NCBI GenBank assembly: GCA_003553225.1
Contig: PWDW01000225.1
Location: 1,140-65,139 of the forward strand
Length of the DNA: 64,000 bases
DNA from: Halanaerobiaceae bacterium
Lineage (GTDB): Bacteria > Bacillota > Halanaerobiia > Halanaerobiales > Halarsenatibacteraceae
Direction: 5' to 3'
Position 1 is the first letter of the stretch, and each line of letters opens with the position of its first letter. Under the pieces are notes generated by a model. That model was not told the DNA's origin. It did not search any database and was given only the letters and a program-made list of their open reading frames with translations. The position numbers were made by a program, and so were the translations under genes. Of this stretch, positions 1-10,132 are shown piece after piece.

Positions 1-49
1 AAAAAAGAGGAGGGAATCCGGAGAAATCTAAAAATTAATCCGGTGCTAT

Positions 50-1063
50 ATGAATGTAAATCTTAGGAACAGACATTTTTTAACTCTGCAGGATTTTTCC
101 CGGGAAGAAATAAATTATCTTTTGCTGCTGGCCGAGAAACTGAAAGAGAAAAAAAAGTCCGGTATTACCGGCAGCAGTCTGCAAAATAAAAATATTGCCC
201 TTATTTTCGAAAAACCTTCTACCAGGACCCGCTGTGCCTTTGCGGTAGGAGCAAAAGATGAGGGTGGTAATCCTGAATATCTGGGCAAAAATGATATTCA
301 GCTGGGAAAAAAAGAAACCGTTGCTGACACGGCCCGGGTTCTGGGGCGTATGTTTGACGGAATTGAATACCGGGGAGCAGAACAAAAAACCGTGGAACTT
401 TTAGCTGAATATTCCGGAGTTCCGGTCTGGAATGGACTTACCAGCAGTTATCATCCCACCCAGATTCTGGCTGATCTGATGACAATCAGGGAAAATTTTC
501 AGTACCTGGAGGGTATTAAAATAGCCTATCTGGGAGATGGCCGCAATAATGTGGCTCATTCTCTGATGTTTGGAGCGGCTCTTATGGGTCTGGAGCTCAC
601 TATAGTAGCCCCGGATAAGCTGCACCCGAAGGCAGCTATGGTTAAGGAAGCCGAAAATATAGCCGGGCTGAACAGAAGCCGTATCGAGATTACCAGCAAT
701 AGGGAGCAGGGAATTAAGGGTGCAGATGTCCTTTATACTGATGTCTGGGCTTCCATGGGAGAAGAAGAACAGTTTGCCGAACGGATTGAACTTCTTAAGC
801 CCTATCAGGTGAATATGCAGATGATTGAAAATACAGGCCAGGACAGAGTTATTTTTCTGCACTGCCTGCCGGCCTATCACAACAGTAAAACAGAAAACGG
901 GCAGCAGATATTAGCAGAATACGGTGTCGAGGAGATGGAAGTAACCGATCAGGTATTTGAAAGTGAATATTCCCGGGTATTTGACCAGGCTGAAAACCGA
1001 ATGCATACTATTAAAGCTGTTATGGTGGCTACTTTAAGTGGTCCTGAGAAAACAGCTAAGTAA
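50..1063 (+). CDS. argF: ornithine carbamoyltransferase (Asp/Orn carbamoyltransferase family)
   Basis: 337-aa ORF with carbamoyl-phosphate motif STRTR ([12 protein letters not shown]), HPTQ and HCLP motifs. GAGGAGGG lies upstream. Anabolic versus catabolic (arcB) or putrescine specificity cannot be decided by eye. Confidence 0.85.
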   Translation: MNVNLRNRHFLTLQDFSREEINYLLLLAEKLKEKKKSGITGSSLQNKNIALIFEKPSTRTRCAFAVGAKDEGGNPEYLGKNDIQLGKKETVADTARVLGRMFDGIEYRGAEQKTVELLAEYSGVPVWNGLTSSYHPTQILADLMTIRENFQYLEGIKIAYLGDGRNNVAHSLMFGAALMGLELTIVAPDKLHPKAAMVKEAENIAGLNRSRIEITSNREQGIKGADVLYTDVWASMGEEEQFAERIELLKPYQVNMQMIENTGQDRVIFLHCLPAYHNSKTENGQQILAEYGVEEMEVTDQVFESEYSRVFDQAENRMHTIKAVMVATLSGPEKTAK

Positions 1064-1153
1064 AGCTTTATACAGATATTGTTTTTATTTATATATATAT
1101 TTAATATTAAGTCCTGCTGTAAATATATGTTAGTCTAAATGGGGGATGAAAAT

Positions 1154-2158
1154 ATGAAAGCTGCAGTATTCAAGGAAAAGCAAGATGTATCCATAGAAAA
1201 CGTGCCTGTACCACAGATAGAAAAAGGGCAGGTTCTTGTGGAGACCACAGCCTGTGGTCTCTGTGGAACCGATCGTCATATTTTTCAGGGTGAAGCCCCG
1301 GCTGAGCCACCGCTTATCATGGGCCATGAGATCTCAGGGCGGGTCCAGGAAACCGGTTCTGCCATAAGTGGTTTAAGTCCGGGCACAAAAGTTGCAGTTG
1401 ATCCCAATATAAACTGTGGTCACTGTTATCACTGTCATCGAGGTGAGATAAATTTATGCGAGAATTTACAGGCAGTAGGGGTTACCCGGGATGGTGGTTT
1501 TGCAGAATATGTTGCTGTTCCCCGGGAGAACATTTATACTCTCTCAGAAGATACCGATCTCAGTCTGGCCTCTCTGGTTGAACCTCTGGCCTGCTGTCTT
1601 CATGGGATGGATCTGGTTGATATTGCGGCCGGGAGCCGGGTTTTAATTCTGGGCGGGGGAGCTATTGGTCTGATCTTAGCCCAGCTGGCAAAAATTACGG
1701 GAGCACGTACAGTTGTGGTTAGTGAACCGGAACCTGTTCGCCGAAAAATAGCCACAGAAATCGGACTGCCCTCAGTAGTTCACCCCGATCATCTGTCTGA
1801 TTTTTTGGATAAAGAAAGAATTAACAAAATTGATACAGTAATTGAAGCTGTGGGCAGAATGGATACTTTTCGTCAGGCTCTGAAATACGCCCGGCATGGT
1901 GGTCAGGTGCTTGTTTTTGGAGTAAGCCCCCAAAAAGCGGTCACAGAAGTCTCTCCGTTTGCCATATATGAAAAAGAACTGACAATTCAGGGTTCCTATG
2001 TTAATCCTTTTGTTACCGAGCAGGCTGTTAACCTGCTGGAAAGTGGTGACCTGAATCTTGAGCAGCTGATTACCACAGAAGTACAGCTGGAAGAGGTACC
2101 CGAAATAATATCCACACCTCCCGGACCCCGGGATTTAAAAACCATTATTACTTTTTAG
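1154..2158 (+). CDS. Zn-dependent dehydrogenase, MDR superfamily (threonine/sorbitol dehydrogenase-like)
   Basis: Catalytic-Zn motifs CGLCGTD and GHEISG, structural-Zn cluster CGHCYHCHRGEINLC, Rossmann GGGAIG. ATG 1154 is preferred over 1139 because GGGGGA sits 7 nt upstream. Confidence 0.8.
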   Translation: MKAAVFKEKQDVSIENVPVPQIEKGQVLVETTACGLCGTDRHIFQGEAPAEPPLIMGHEISGRVQETGSAISGLSPGTKVAVDPNINCGHCYHCHRGEINLCENLQAVGVTRDGGFAEYVAVPRENIYTLSEDTDLSLASLVEPLACCLHGMDLVDIAAGSRVLILGGGAIGLILAQLAKITGARTVVVSEPEPVRRKIATEIGLPSVVHPDHLSDFLDKERINKIDTVIEAVGRMDTFRQALKYARHGGQVLVFGVSPQKAVTEVSPFAIYEKELTIQGSYVNPFVTEQAVNLLESGDLNLEQLITTEVQLEEVPEIISTPPGPRDLKTIITF

Positions 2159-2217
2159 CTTTTTTAAAAAATCAGAAGATAATACTGGCTATTATTACCA
2201 CAACTGGAGGACTGATC

Positions 2218-2451
2218 ATGAATAAAGAAGAAGCTGAAATTAAGAAAGTTAATATAAAGGCTGATAAATGTAAGGGCTGTGAACTCTGTATTGAGGTCTG
2301 TCCGGTAAATATCCTCAGTATGTCGGAGGCCATAAATGAACTTGGCTACCATTATGCGGAAGTTGATGATCAGGATAAATGCCTTAGCTGTGGGCGATGT
2401 GCGGTTATGTGTCCGGACATTTTGATAAAAGTATATGACATTAATGAGTAA
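2218..2451 (+). CDS. 4Fe-4S ferredoxin-type delta subunit of 2-oxoacid:ferredoxin oxidoreductase
   Basis: 77 aa with two Cys clusters (CKGCELCIEVCP and CLSCGRCAVMCP). GGAGG RBS. First gene of a delta-alpha-beta-gamma cluster. Confidence 0.8.
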   Translation: MNKEEAEIKKVNIKADKCKGCELCIEVCPVNILSMSEAINELGYHYAEVDDQDKCLSCGRCAVMCPDILIKVYDINE

Positions 2452-2531
2452 AAAATCAGCAGATATATTTTCAATATCTCAATTCTATTTAATTTAATAT
2501 AGCAGCTTCAAGTAAGGAGGAAAAAAAGCTG

Positions 2532-3596
2532 ATGGGGGAAAAAAAGTTGATGAAAGGTAATGAGGCTATTGCTGAAGCGGCAATCAGAGCAGGCTGCCGC
2601 TATTTCTTTGGCTATCCAATCACACCACAGAATGAAATTCCAGCCTATATGTCCCGGAGACTTCCAGAAGAAGGTGGTGTTTTTCTCCAGGCAGAAAGCG
2701 AAGTTGCCGCCAGTAATATGGTTTATGGTGCTGCAGGTGCCGGAGCCCGGGTCATGACTTCTTCTTCCAGCCCGGGAATCAGCCTTAAAGCAGAAGGGAT
2801 ATCCTATATAGCAGCTGCGGAATTACCCTGTGTAATAGTAAATATGATGCGCGGGGGACCCGGTCTGGGTGGGATAGAACCATCCCAGTCTGATTATTTT
2901 CAGGCAACCAAGGGTATGGCTCATGGAAATTTTCACCTGCTGGTGATGGCCCCTTCTTCGGTTCAGGAAGGAGTGGATCTGATGAGTCAGGCTTTTGATC
3001 TGGCCGATAAATATAGGGGTCCGGTTATGCTGCTGGGAGATGGTATGATCGGTCAGATGATGGAACCGGTAGAGTTTCCAGAAAAAATAGACCCCACAGA
3101 GCTGCCTCCCAAAGAATGGGCCACTGATGGAGCCCGGGGCCGGGAGAAAAATGTTATTAATTCTCTGTATCTGGATCCAGATGTTCTGGAGAATTTAAAC
3201 TGGAAACTGCAGGAAAAATATGAACAGATGCAGAGAGAAGATGTTAAATATGAAGAATATCATATGGAAGATGCCGTGGTGGCGGTTATTGCATACGGAA
3301 CAGCGGCGAGAATTGCCCTGGATGCAGTACAGGCAGCCCGGGAGGACGGAATTCGAGTTGGATTAATCAGGCCGATAACCCTTTTTCCTTTTCCAGAACA
3401 GGTAATTGCTCGGGCTTCGGCTCAGGTTGATGCTTTTTTAACCACGGAATTAAGTACCGGTCAGATGGTAGAAGATGTCCGGCTGGCGGTTAAAGGCAGA
3501 ACTCCGGTGTTTTTTCACGGCCGCCCCGGTGGTAATATGCTGACCCCGGAAGAACTGCTGGAGGAAATTAAAAAAATTAGAGGTGAAGTACAGTGA
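2532..3596 (+). CDS. 2-oxoacid:ferredoxin oxidoreductase alpha subunit (KorA/VorA-like)
   Basis: 354 aa. N-terminus MKGNEAIAEAAIRAGCRYFFGYPITPQNEI is typical of OFOR alpha subunits. The stop overlaps the next gene start. Substrate (2-oxoglutarate versus branched-chain) is unresolved. Confidence 0.85.
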   Translation: MGEKKLMKGNEAIAEAAIRAGCRYFFGYPITPQNEIPAYMSRRLPEEGGVFLQAESEVAASNMVYGAAGAGARVMTSSSSPGISLKAEGISYIAAAELPCVIVNMMRGGPGLGGIEPSQSDYFQATKGMAHGNFHLLVMAPSSVQEGVDLMSQAFDLADKYRGPVMLLGDGMIGQMMEPVEFPEKIDPTELPPKEWATDGARGREKNVINSLYLDPDVLENLNWKLQEKYEQMQREDVKYEEYHMEDAVVAVIAYGTAARIALDAVQAAREDGIRVGLIRPITLFPFPEQVIARASAQVDAFLTTELSTGQMVEDVRLAVKGRTPVFFHGRPGGNMLTPEELLEEIKKIRGEVQ

Positions 3597-4360
3597 AACA
3601 GGATAAACTAAAAGAAGTAGCAGGTTATCCGGATTCGATGAGTGGTCGGGATATGCATTACTGTCCGGGCTGTACTCAAGGAATAATTCACCGCTTAATT
3701 GGTGAGGTAATTGATGAACTGAAAATAAAAGAAGAGACCATTGGCATAGCTCCGGTGGGCTGTGCTGTATTGGCCTATGATTATTTTGATATTGACATGC
3801 AGGAGGCTTCTCACGGCCGGGCACCGGCTGTTGCTACCGGCATTAAAAGAGTCCATCCCGATAAAATGGTATTTACCTATCAGGGGGATGGTGACCTGGC
3901 TTCTATAGGTACGGCCGAGATAATTCATGCTGCCAACCGGGGTGAAAAAATCACAACTGTTTTTGTAAATAATGCAATTTATGGCATGACCGGGGGACAG
4001 ATGGCTCCCACCACCCTGCTGGGGCAGAAAACAAAAACCACCCCCCGGGGGCGGAGCAGTGAAGAGACCGGTAACCCGCTAAAGGTTTCTGAAATGTTGA
4101 GCATGCTCGATGGTGCGGCCTACATTGTGCGGGTGTCAACTCATGATCTTGAGAATATCAATAAAACTAAACAGGCTATAAAAAAAGCTTTTAAAGTTCA
4201 GCAGCAGGGACTGGGTTTTGCCCTGGTAGAAGTTCTTTCCACCTGTCCCACTAACTGGGGCCTGAGTCCCCGGCAGGCCATGGAATGGCTGGAAAAAAAT
4301 ATGATTCCGGAATTCCCGCCCCGTGTCTTTTGTGCTCCGGAAGGAGTTGATGAGCTGTGA
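3593..4360 (+). CDS. 2-oxoacid:ferredoxin oxidoreductase beta subunit (TPP-binding)
   Basis: 255 aa with CPGC motif and TPP-binding GDGD...NN signature (YQGDGDLASIG...VNNAIYGMTGGQ). GTG start overlaps the alpha stop (GTGA). Confidence 0.85.
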   Translation: MKQDKLKEVAGYPDSMSGRDMHYCPGCTQGIIHRLIGEVIDELKIKEETIGIAPVGCAVLAYDYFDIDMQEASHGRAPAVATGIKRVHPDKMVFTYQGDGDLASIGTAEIIHAANRGEKITTVFVNNAIYGMTGGQMAPTTLLGQKTKTTPRGRSSEETGNPLKVSEMLSMLDGAAYIVRVSTHDLENINKTKQAIKKAFKVQQQGLGFALVEVLSTCPTNWGLSPRQAMEWLEKNMIPEFPPRVFCAPEGVDEL

Positions 4361-4908
4361 AAAAAGAACTGATTATAGCCGGTTTTGGTGGACAGGGGGT
4401 CATGTTTATGGGTAAAATGCTGGCTCATTCTGGAATGAAAGAAGGGCTGGAAGTTACCTGGATGCCGTCTTATGGTCCCGAAATGCGGGGCGGAACAGCC
4501 CACTGTACCGTAAAAATTTCAACAGAGAGGATTGCCTCCCCTTTTTGTTCACATCCTGATACTCTGCTGGTCATGAACAGACCTTCCCTGGAAAAATTTC
4601 AGCCCCGGGTTCGGGCGGGAGGCAGTATGTATTATAATTCCTCAATGATTGAGCAGGAAATAAGCGGTCAGGAGATTGATGTGGCTGCTGTTCCGGCCAA
4701 CAAAATAGCGGAAGAACTGGGCAATCCCCGGATTGCAAATATGGTTATGCTGGGTGCCTATATTGCCCGGGAGGAGATTGTTGATCTGATGACTATCAAT
4801 AACTCTCTAGCGGCTGTTTTACCTGAAGAGAAACATAATTTAATCGATATAAATCTGGAGGCTTTAAAGCGAGGTTATAGTCTTTATACATCCTTAGAAA
4901 AGAGCTAA
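4357..4908 (+). CDS. 2-oxoacid:ferredoxin oxidoreductase gamma subunit
   Basis: 183 aa. N-terminus IIAGFGGQGV is typical of the OFOR gamma domain. GTGA overlap with the beta stop indicates translational coupling. Confidence 0.8.
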   Translation: MKKELIIAGFGGQGVMFMGKMLAHSGMKEGLEVTWMPSYGPEMRGGTAHCTVKISTERIASPFCSHPDTLLVMNRPSLEKFQPRVRAGGSMYYNSSMIEQEISGQEIDVAAVPANKIAEELGNPRIANMVMLGAYIAREEIVDLMTINNSLAAVLPEEKHNLIDINLEALKRGYSLYTSLEKS

Positions 4909-5252
4909 AAAGCAAAATAGACCCTTTATATTTGAGAAATCACAAATTATGCTCTGGCCAAAGTCGCTTTTATCAAATGTTATAGAAAATATTTCTGTAA
5001 GCATAGCAACCCAAGTTTGCAGTACCAGGTCACAATATTCCCGTTAAATCAACAATCTTTAAAAAATCAACCCTGATATTTGGGACTACATGTATTAATT
5101 ATCCATTTTTCAAGCAGTTTTCCGTAATAATTATTTTTTAGCAGCTTCCTGCAGTCAAAGACTTTAACCAGCTTTTTTTGCAGTATAACCAAAAATAAGA
5201 TTCCAAAAAATGTGAATTCGATTTCAGCAGCAATCAGCAATAAAATCAAATA

Positions 5253-5285
5253 TAAAAAAGGCCCGGGTTATGATACCGGGCCTTT
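5253..5285 (-). terminator. intrinsic terminator downstream of ileS
   Basis: 8-bp GC-rich stem AGGCCCGG (5259-5266) / CCGGGCCT (5276-5283) with a 9-nt loop. On the minus strand it is followed by a U-run (complement of the A-run at 5254-5259). Confidence 0.75.
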
Positions 5286-5307
5286 AGAAATTAATAAAAG
5301 ACAGTGG

Positions 5308-8300
5308 TTAAATTTTTTCAATTCTGAGTCCAGTTTCATGGCCATTGAGATTATATGTTGCCATATCAGAGTCAGCCTGAACTGTCAGCTTTTGAGCCAG
5401 AGTTTCTTCTTTAATATAATCAGAGAATTCCTCAACAGCCTGGTTTATCTCCTCATCACCATCATAGAAAATATTTATATTATCGGTAACATTGAGATCC
5501 TTTTCTTTTCTTATTCTCTGTACATAGGAAACCAGTTCCCGGGCATAGCCCTCATTTTTTAGCTCCCGGGAGAGGGTGATGTCCAGAACCACAAAAAGAT
5601 CATTTTTGCGGGCCACAGTATAGCCTTCTCTATCTTCAATACTTACCTCTATAAGATCATCAGTTACTTCGATTTCTTCTCCATCCAGCATAAGAGCAAT
5701 ACTGTCTTTTTCTTCCAGGGTTTTCACTATTTCTCTTGCATCCTGTTCTTTAAGTTTTTCAGCAAAAAGTTCCACTTTGTCTCTAAGCACCGGTCCCGCT
5801 TTCTGATAATTGGGCTTAAGATTATATTTCATGAATTTATCTATTTCAGAAGTAAATTCGATATTTTTAACATTAAGCTCTTCTTTTATTAAAGGAATTA
5901 AATCCACGACCTGCTCTTCACAGCGGGCGGGAACAATAACTTTACTTAAAGGCTGTCTGACTTTTAGTTCTTCCTGTTCTCTTGAGGACCGCCCCAGGCC
6001 AACCAGGGTTCGGGTTATGTCCATATTTTGCTCCAGCTCACTGTTCACCAGAGAATTATCCGCTTCCGGATAGTCGGCCAGATGGACCGAGAGCTCTCCG
6101 GTTAGACTGCGGTATACATCCTCTGAAACATAGGGAGCAAAGGGTGCGATCAGGCGGGACAGACCTTCCAGCAGTTCATAGGTTGTTCTGTAGACGGCTT
6201 TTTTGTCCTCGGTAAGTTCACTGGCCCAGAAGCGCCGGCGAGAACGCCTTATATACCAGTTGGAAAGATCCTCAACAATAAAGTCCTGAATTTTGCGGAC
6301 TGCTGAAGTAAGATCATAGTTTTCCATATCCTCCTGTACTTCACAAAGCAGGGTGTTATAACGTGAAATGATCCATTTATCAAGTCTGCTTCTGTTTTCA
6401 GGACTTACGTCAAATTCACGGGGATCCAGGTCATCGGCATTGGCATACAGCTGGAAAAAATGATAGACATTTTTAAAAGTTCCATAGAATTTACTGTTGG
6501 TTTCTTTGAGTCCTTCTATCTCAAATTTTGTTGGAGTCCAGGGTGGGGACACATGGAGCAGATACCAGCGGAGAACATCGGCTCCATATTCATCAAAGAG
6601 TTCAAAAGGATCTACCGTATTTCCCCGGGATTTGGACATTTTTTTACCTTCGGCATCAAGAATCAAATCATTTACCAGCACTCTTTTATAGGGGCTTTCC
6701 CCGGTAATAAAAGAAGAAATTGCCAGCAGTGAATAAAACCAGCCCCGGGTCTGGTCAATTCCCTCACAGATAAAATCAGCGGGAAACTGTTCATCAAAAA
6801 GTTCTTCATTTTCAAAAGGATAATGATACTGGGCAAAGGGCATAGAACCACTGTCAAACCAGCAGTCTATGACATCTTCCACCCGGGACATTTCTCCCCC
6901 ACAGGCCCGACATTCCAGATGTATTTCATCAACATAGGGGCGGTGGAGTTCAATGTCTTCATCAACATCATCTTCCAGAGCTCTTTCCACCAGCTCTTTT
7001 CGAGAGGAGATGGTGCTGGTCTGGCCACAGTCACATTTCCATATATTAAGGGGGGTTCCCCAGTACCGGCTGCGCGAGAGAGCCCAGTCCTGAAGATTTT
7101 CCAGCCAGTTGCCAAATCTTTTATCACCCACAAAATCGGGATACCATTCGACTTCATTGTTGTTTTTTATTAATTTATCTTTAATTTTGGTCATTTCAAT
7201 ATACCAGCCCGGATTGGCATAATATATCAGTGGTGTATCACAGCGCCAGCAGTGAGGATAATTGTGGGTCATTTTTTCTTTATCATACAGTTTACCTTTA
7301 TCATACAGCCACTTCATGATCTCAACTTCCAGCTCGGAGTCCATAACAAACTCCCCTTCCCAGGGGGTGGCTGTATACCGGCCATCCTCATCCACCGGCT
7401 GCAAGACAGGCAGGTCATATCGAGAACCGGTTTTATAGTCATCCTCACCAAAAGCGGGAGCGGTATGAACAATTCCGGTTCCTTCTTCGGCGGTAACATA
7501 ATCGGCGGTGGTTACATAAAAAGCTTTTTTATCGGGGCTGGTAAAGGGCATCAGCTGTTCATATTCCATTCCTTCCAGCTCTGAGCCCTTCATTTTCTTG
7601 AGCACTTTATAATCTTCTTTCAGAACAGAATCGGCCAGTGTTTCCTCTACATAATAGATCTCACCTTCTGATTTAACCTTAAGATAGGTCATATTGGGAT
7701 TCACGGTTAGAGCAACATTGGCCGCCAGAGTCCAGGGAGTTGTAGTCCAGCTTAAGAAATATTCATTCTTACCTTTTCTTTTAAACTTTACGGTCACGGT
7801 TAAATTTTTCATTTCCTGATAACCCTGGGCTACTTCATGGGAGGCCAGTCCTGTACCACAGCGGGGACAGTAAGGCAGAATATTATGGCCGCGGTAGAGG
7901 AAATCCTCCTGGTTAAACTGATCAATAATCCACCAAATTGTTTCGATATAGTCATTATCAAGTGTGATATAAGGATTATCCAGATCAATAGCATATCCCA
8001 TTCTGCTGGTCATCTCACGCCATAAACCCTCATATTCAAAAACTGATTCCCGGCATTTTTCATTAAAGCGGTCAATACCATAATCTTCTATTTCCTGTTT
8101 GGTGTTTAAATTCAGTTTTTTCTCCACTTCAATTTCTACAGGCAGACCATGAGTATCCCAGCCGGCTTTTCGGCGCACTTTATAGCCCTGCATGGTTTTA
8201 TAGCGGCAGACCGCATCTTTTAGAGCCCGGGCAATAACATGATGAATACCCGGTCGGCCATTGGCAGTTGGGGGACCTTCATAAAAAACAAAGGGTTCAC

Positions 8301-8415
8301 TGTTTGACCTGTTTTCAATAGCTTTGTCCAGAAGATTTTCTTGTTCCCAGAATTCTGCAATTTCCTGTTCTCTTTCACTTATCGGTACATCTTTGAGAGG
8401 TTCAAATGAAGTCAA
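5308..8415 (-). CDS. ileS: isoleucine--tRNA ligase
   Basis: Class I motifs HIGH-like (PPTANGRPGIHH) and KMSKS (KKMSKSRGN), with CxxC zinc knuckles. The listed ORF runs on to 8643, but that part is the T-box leader. TTG at 8415 follows AAGGAG by 8 nt (GTG 8424 is the alternative). Confidence 0.93.
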   Translation of the reverse strand: MTSFEPLKDVPISEREQEIAEFWEQENLLDKAIENRSNSEPFVFYEGPPTANGRPGIHHVIARALKDAVCRYKTMQGYKVRRKAGWDTHGLPVEIEVEKKLNLNTKQEIEDYGIDRFNEKCRESVFEYEGLWREMTSRMGYAIDLDNPYITLDNDYIETIWWIIDQFNQEDFLYRGHNILPYCPRCGTGLASHEVAQGYQEMKNLTVTVKFKRKGKNEYFLSWTTTPWTLAANVALTVNPNMTYLKVKSEGEIYYVEETLADSVLKEDYKVLKKMKGSELEGMEYEQLMPFTSPDKKAFYVTTADYVTAEEGTGIVHTAPAFGEDDYKTGSRYDLPVLQPVDEDGRYTATPWEGEFVMDSELEVEIMKWLYDKGKLYDKEKMTHNYPHCWRCDTPLIYYANPGWYIEMTKIKDKLIKNNNEVEWYPDFVGDKRFGNWLENLQDWALSRSRYWGTPLNIWKCDCGQTSTISSRKELVERALEDDVDEDIELHRPYVDEIHLECRACGGEMSRVEDVIDCWFDSGSMPFAQYHYPFENEELFDEQFPADFICEGIDQTRGWFYSLLAISSFITGESPYKRVLVNDLILDAEGKKMSKSRGNTVDPFELFDEYGADVLRWYLLHVSPPWTPTKFEIEGLKETNSKFYGTFKNVYHFFQLYANADDLDPREFDVSPENRSRLDKWIISRYNTLLCEVQEDMENYDLTSAVRKIQDFIVEDLSNWYIRRSRRRFWASELTEDKKAVYRTTYELLEGLSRLIAPFAPYVSEDVYRSLTGELSVHLADYPEADNSLVNSELEQNMDITRTLVGLGRSSREQEELKVRQPLSKVIVPARCEEQVVDLIPLIKEELNVKNIEFTSEIDKFMKYNLKPNYQKAGPVLRDKVELFAEKLKEQDAREIVKTLEEKDSIALMLDGEEIEVTDDLIEVSIEDREGYTVARKNDLFVVLDITLSRELKNEGYARELVSYVQRIRKEKDLNVTDNINIFYDGDEEINQAVEEFSDYIKEETLAQKLTVQADSDMATYNLNGHETGLRIEKI

Positions 8416-8468
8416 TTTTTTCACTCCTTTTTCTTGTTCTACCTGTGTTTTATAAAGGGATATAAAAT

Positions 8469-8744
8469 AAAAAAACCCGGAGCATATGCTCTGGGACGAA
8501 AAAGTTTGCTGCCGCGGTACCACCCGGATTACAGAAGGATAGGACCTCCTGTCACTCACAAAAAGCAGATAACGTCTGCCGGCGGGCCCGCCTACTTTAT
8601 AACCAATATTCATTTCGGGGACCGGCTCCCGGGTGATATTCACCGGAGGTGCTTCTGATAACCTTGCAGTCGGTGGGTTATCTTCCTGTTAAAAAACAAG
8701 TTTCGGTTACTCTCCCGTTCTTAGCCTGTGGCTTTATATTATTT
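8469..8744 (-). promoter_or_regulatory. T-box riboswitch leader (Ile-specific) of ileS
   Basis: Minus strand reads AATCCGGGTGGTACCGCGGCAG (8530-8509), matching the conserved T-box sequence. AGAGUA element near the 5' end. GAAUAUCAC loop carries an AUC Ile codon followed by A (about 8637-8635). Terminator hairpin CCCAGAGCA-TA-TGCTCCGGG plus U7 at 8495-8469. Confidence 0.85.
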
Positions 8745-8750
8745 TGCACT

Positions 8751-8779
8751 ATTATATATTATCCTGGCTTAAGTGTCAA
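8751..8779 (-). promoter_or_regulatory. sigma-A type promoter for the ileS T-box leader
   Basis: Minus strand has TTGACA (8779-8774), a 17-nt spacer and TATAAT (8756-8751). Both hexamers are perfect consensus. Confidence 0.7.
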
Positions 8780-8953
8780 GGAGCAAAAATATGAACTGTG
8801 TTATTATTTGTGCTATTATAATAAAGAGAAAAAGAATAAAAAAACAATAAGCAGTTATTAAATATATTATACAGGCAGCAAAAATTAACACCACTGATAT
8901 GATTTGTATTAAATGCCAGATAATGATCTGTGTGGAGGAGGTTTAAATTTATT

Positions 8954-10132
8954 TTGAAAATAGCAAAAAGATCTGATAATGAACAGGGGATTTTAAATAC
9001 ATTTGAAAAACTGGTTGCTCTGGATAGTCCCTCCCGAAAGGAAAGGCCGGTGGCGGAGTTTATCAAAAAAGAGTTAAGCCAGCTGGATTTGGTCCTGAAA
9101 GAAGATCAGGTGGGAGAAAAAATCGGGGGCAGTACCGGCAACATAATTGCTGAATTACCGGCTGCAGACAGAAGACATGATGCGGCTCCCGTACTTTTAT
9201 TGTCGGCCCATATGGATAAAGTACAGTCGGGAACCGGTACTGAAATGCAGATTTCAGAAAATTATATAACCGCTGCTGGAGATAATATTTTAGGGGCCGA
9301 TGATCTGGCCGGAGTAGCTGCTATCCTGGAGGCTCTTAAAAGAATTGAGAGCAAAAAAGCTTCCCGGGGGCCGCTTAAACTTATTTTTTCTGTTGCTGAA
9401 GAAGAAGGACTGCAGGGGGCCCAAAACATGGACCCTGATCTGCTGCAGAACTGTGATTATGGAATTGTGGTTGATTCAGAGGGTGCGATAGGTAAAATTG
9501 TTTATAGGGCTCCTTTTAAGATTGGTTTTAATGCCCGGATCAAAGGGCAGAAGGCTCATTCGGGCATTAATCCGGACGGGGGAGTTAATGCTATCAAAAT
9601 AGCAAGTCTGGCTATTTCCGCCATGGAGCTGGGACGTATTGGAGAGCAGACAACTGCTAATATAGGAGTGATCAAAGGGGGAGTGGCCAGGAATGTTGTA
9701 CCCGATTTTATTGAACTTCAGGGTGAGGTAAGAAGCCATGACAAAAGCAAACTCAGACAGCAGACAGAGCATATGAAAGCAATGATTCAGAAGTATACAG
9801 CTGAATATGGAGGAGAAGTGGAATTTGATATTGAGCTGCTGTATAAAGGTTATTCTGTCAGCAGGAACAGTCCTTTTGTGAATTTTTTAGTTCAGACAGC
9901 AGAAAGTCTAAATCTGCCGGTAGAATTTGCCGTAAGTGGTGGGGGTAGTGATGCCAATGTGTTCAATGCACACGGGCTGCCGGTGGTCAATCTGGGAACC
10001 GGTTTTGAAAATGCTCATTCTGCTGCTGAAAAAATAAAAATAGATAATTTGTTCAAGCTGGTTGATTTTCTGGAAAGTATAATTCAAAACATAGGGAGTG
10101 ATTCCAATAGAATTCAAAGAAAAAACGATTAG
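8954..10132 (+). CDS. M20-family metallopeptidase (PepT/YqjE-like tripeptidase)
   Basis: Motifs SAHMDKV, GADDLAGVAA, AEEEGLQGA and GGGSDANVF. Collinear with my recollection of B. subtilis YqjE from NEQ..LNTF onward. Start is uncertain (TTG 8954 versus GTG 8930). Confidence 0.8.
   Translation: MKIAKRSDNEQGILNTFEKLVALDSPSRKERPVAEFIKKELSQLDLVLKEDQVGEKIGGSTGNIIAELPAADRRHDAAPVLLLSAHMDKVQSGTGTEMQISENYITAAGDNILGADDLAGVAAILEALKRIESKKASRGPLKLIFSVAEEEGLQGAQNMDPDLLQNCDYGIVVDSEGAIGKIVYRAPFKIGFNARIKGQKAHSGINPDGGVNAIKIASLAISAMELGRIGEQTTANIGVIKGGVARNVVPDFIELQGEVRSHDKSKLRQQTEHMKAMIQKYTAEYGGEVEFDIELLYKGYSVSRNSPFVNFLVQTAESLNLPVEFAVSGGGSDANVFNAHGLPVVNLGTGFENAHSAAEKIKIDNLFKLVDFLESIIQNIGSDSNRIQRKND

Noticed and set aside
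401-880. Long antisense ORFs opposite well-supported + strand genes. Examples: 401-880, 3450-3824, 12336-12758, 18699-19166, 37740-38165, 41170-41532, 43215-43625, 46575-47213, 63295-63723.
   Set aside because: - Each lies entirely within a + strand gene with strong motif support.
- None has an RBS or a recognisable domain.
- Their compositions (Ser/Pro/Arg- or Phe/Ile-rich) are typical of shadow frames.
4909-5252. About 340-bp tract between convergent kor and ileS genes, with ORFs 5067-5249 (-) and 5212-5562 (+)
   Set aside because: - The minus-strand ORF starts at a TTG with no RBS, immediately after the ileS terminator.
- The plus-strand ORF runs antisense into ileS.
- It may be debris of a decayed gene, but I cannot support any call from the sequence.
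8416-8643. N-terminal 76-aa extension of the IleS ORF
   Set aside because: This stretch contains the T-box sequence and a terminator hairpin with a U-run. IleS homology begins only at about 8415.
8649-9066. ORFs 8649-8861 (+) and 8776-9066 (-) in the divergent ileS/peptidase control region
   Set aside because: They are AT-rich, low-complexity translations spanning the mapped promoter and T-box leader. They have no RBS.
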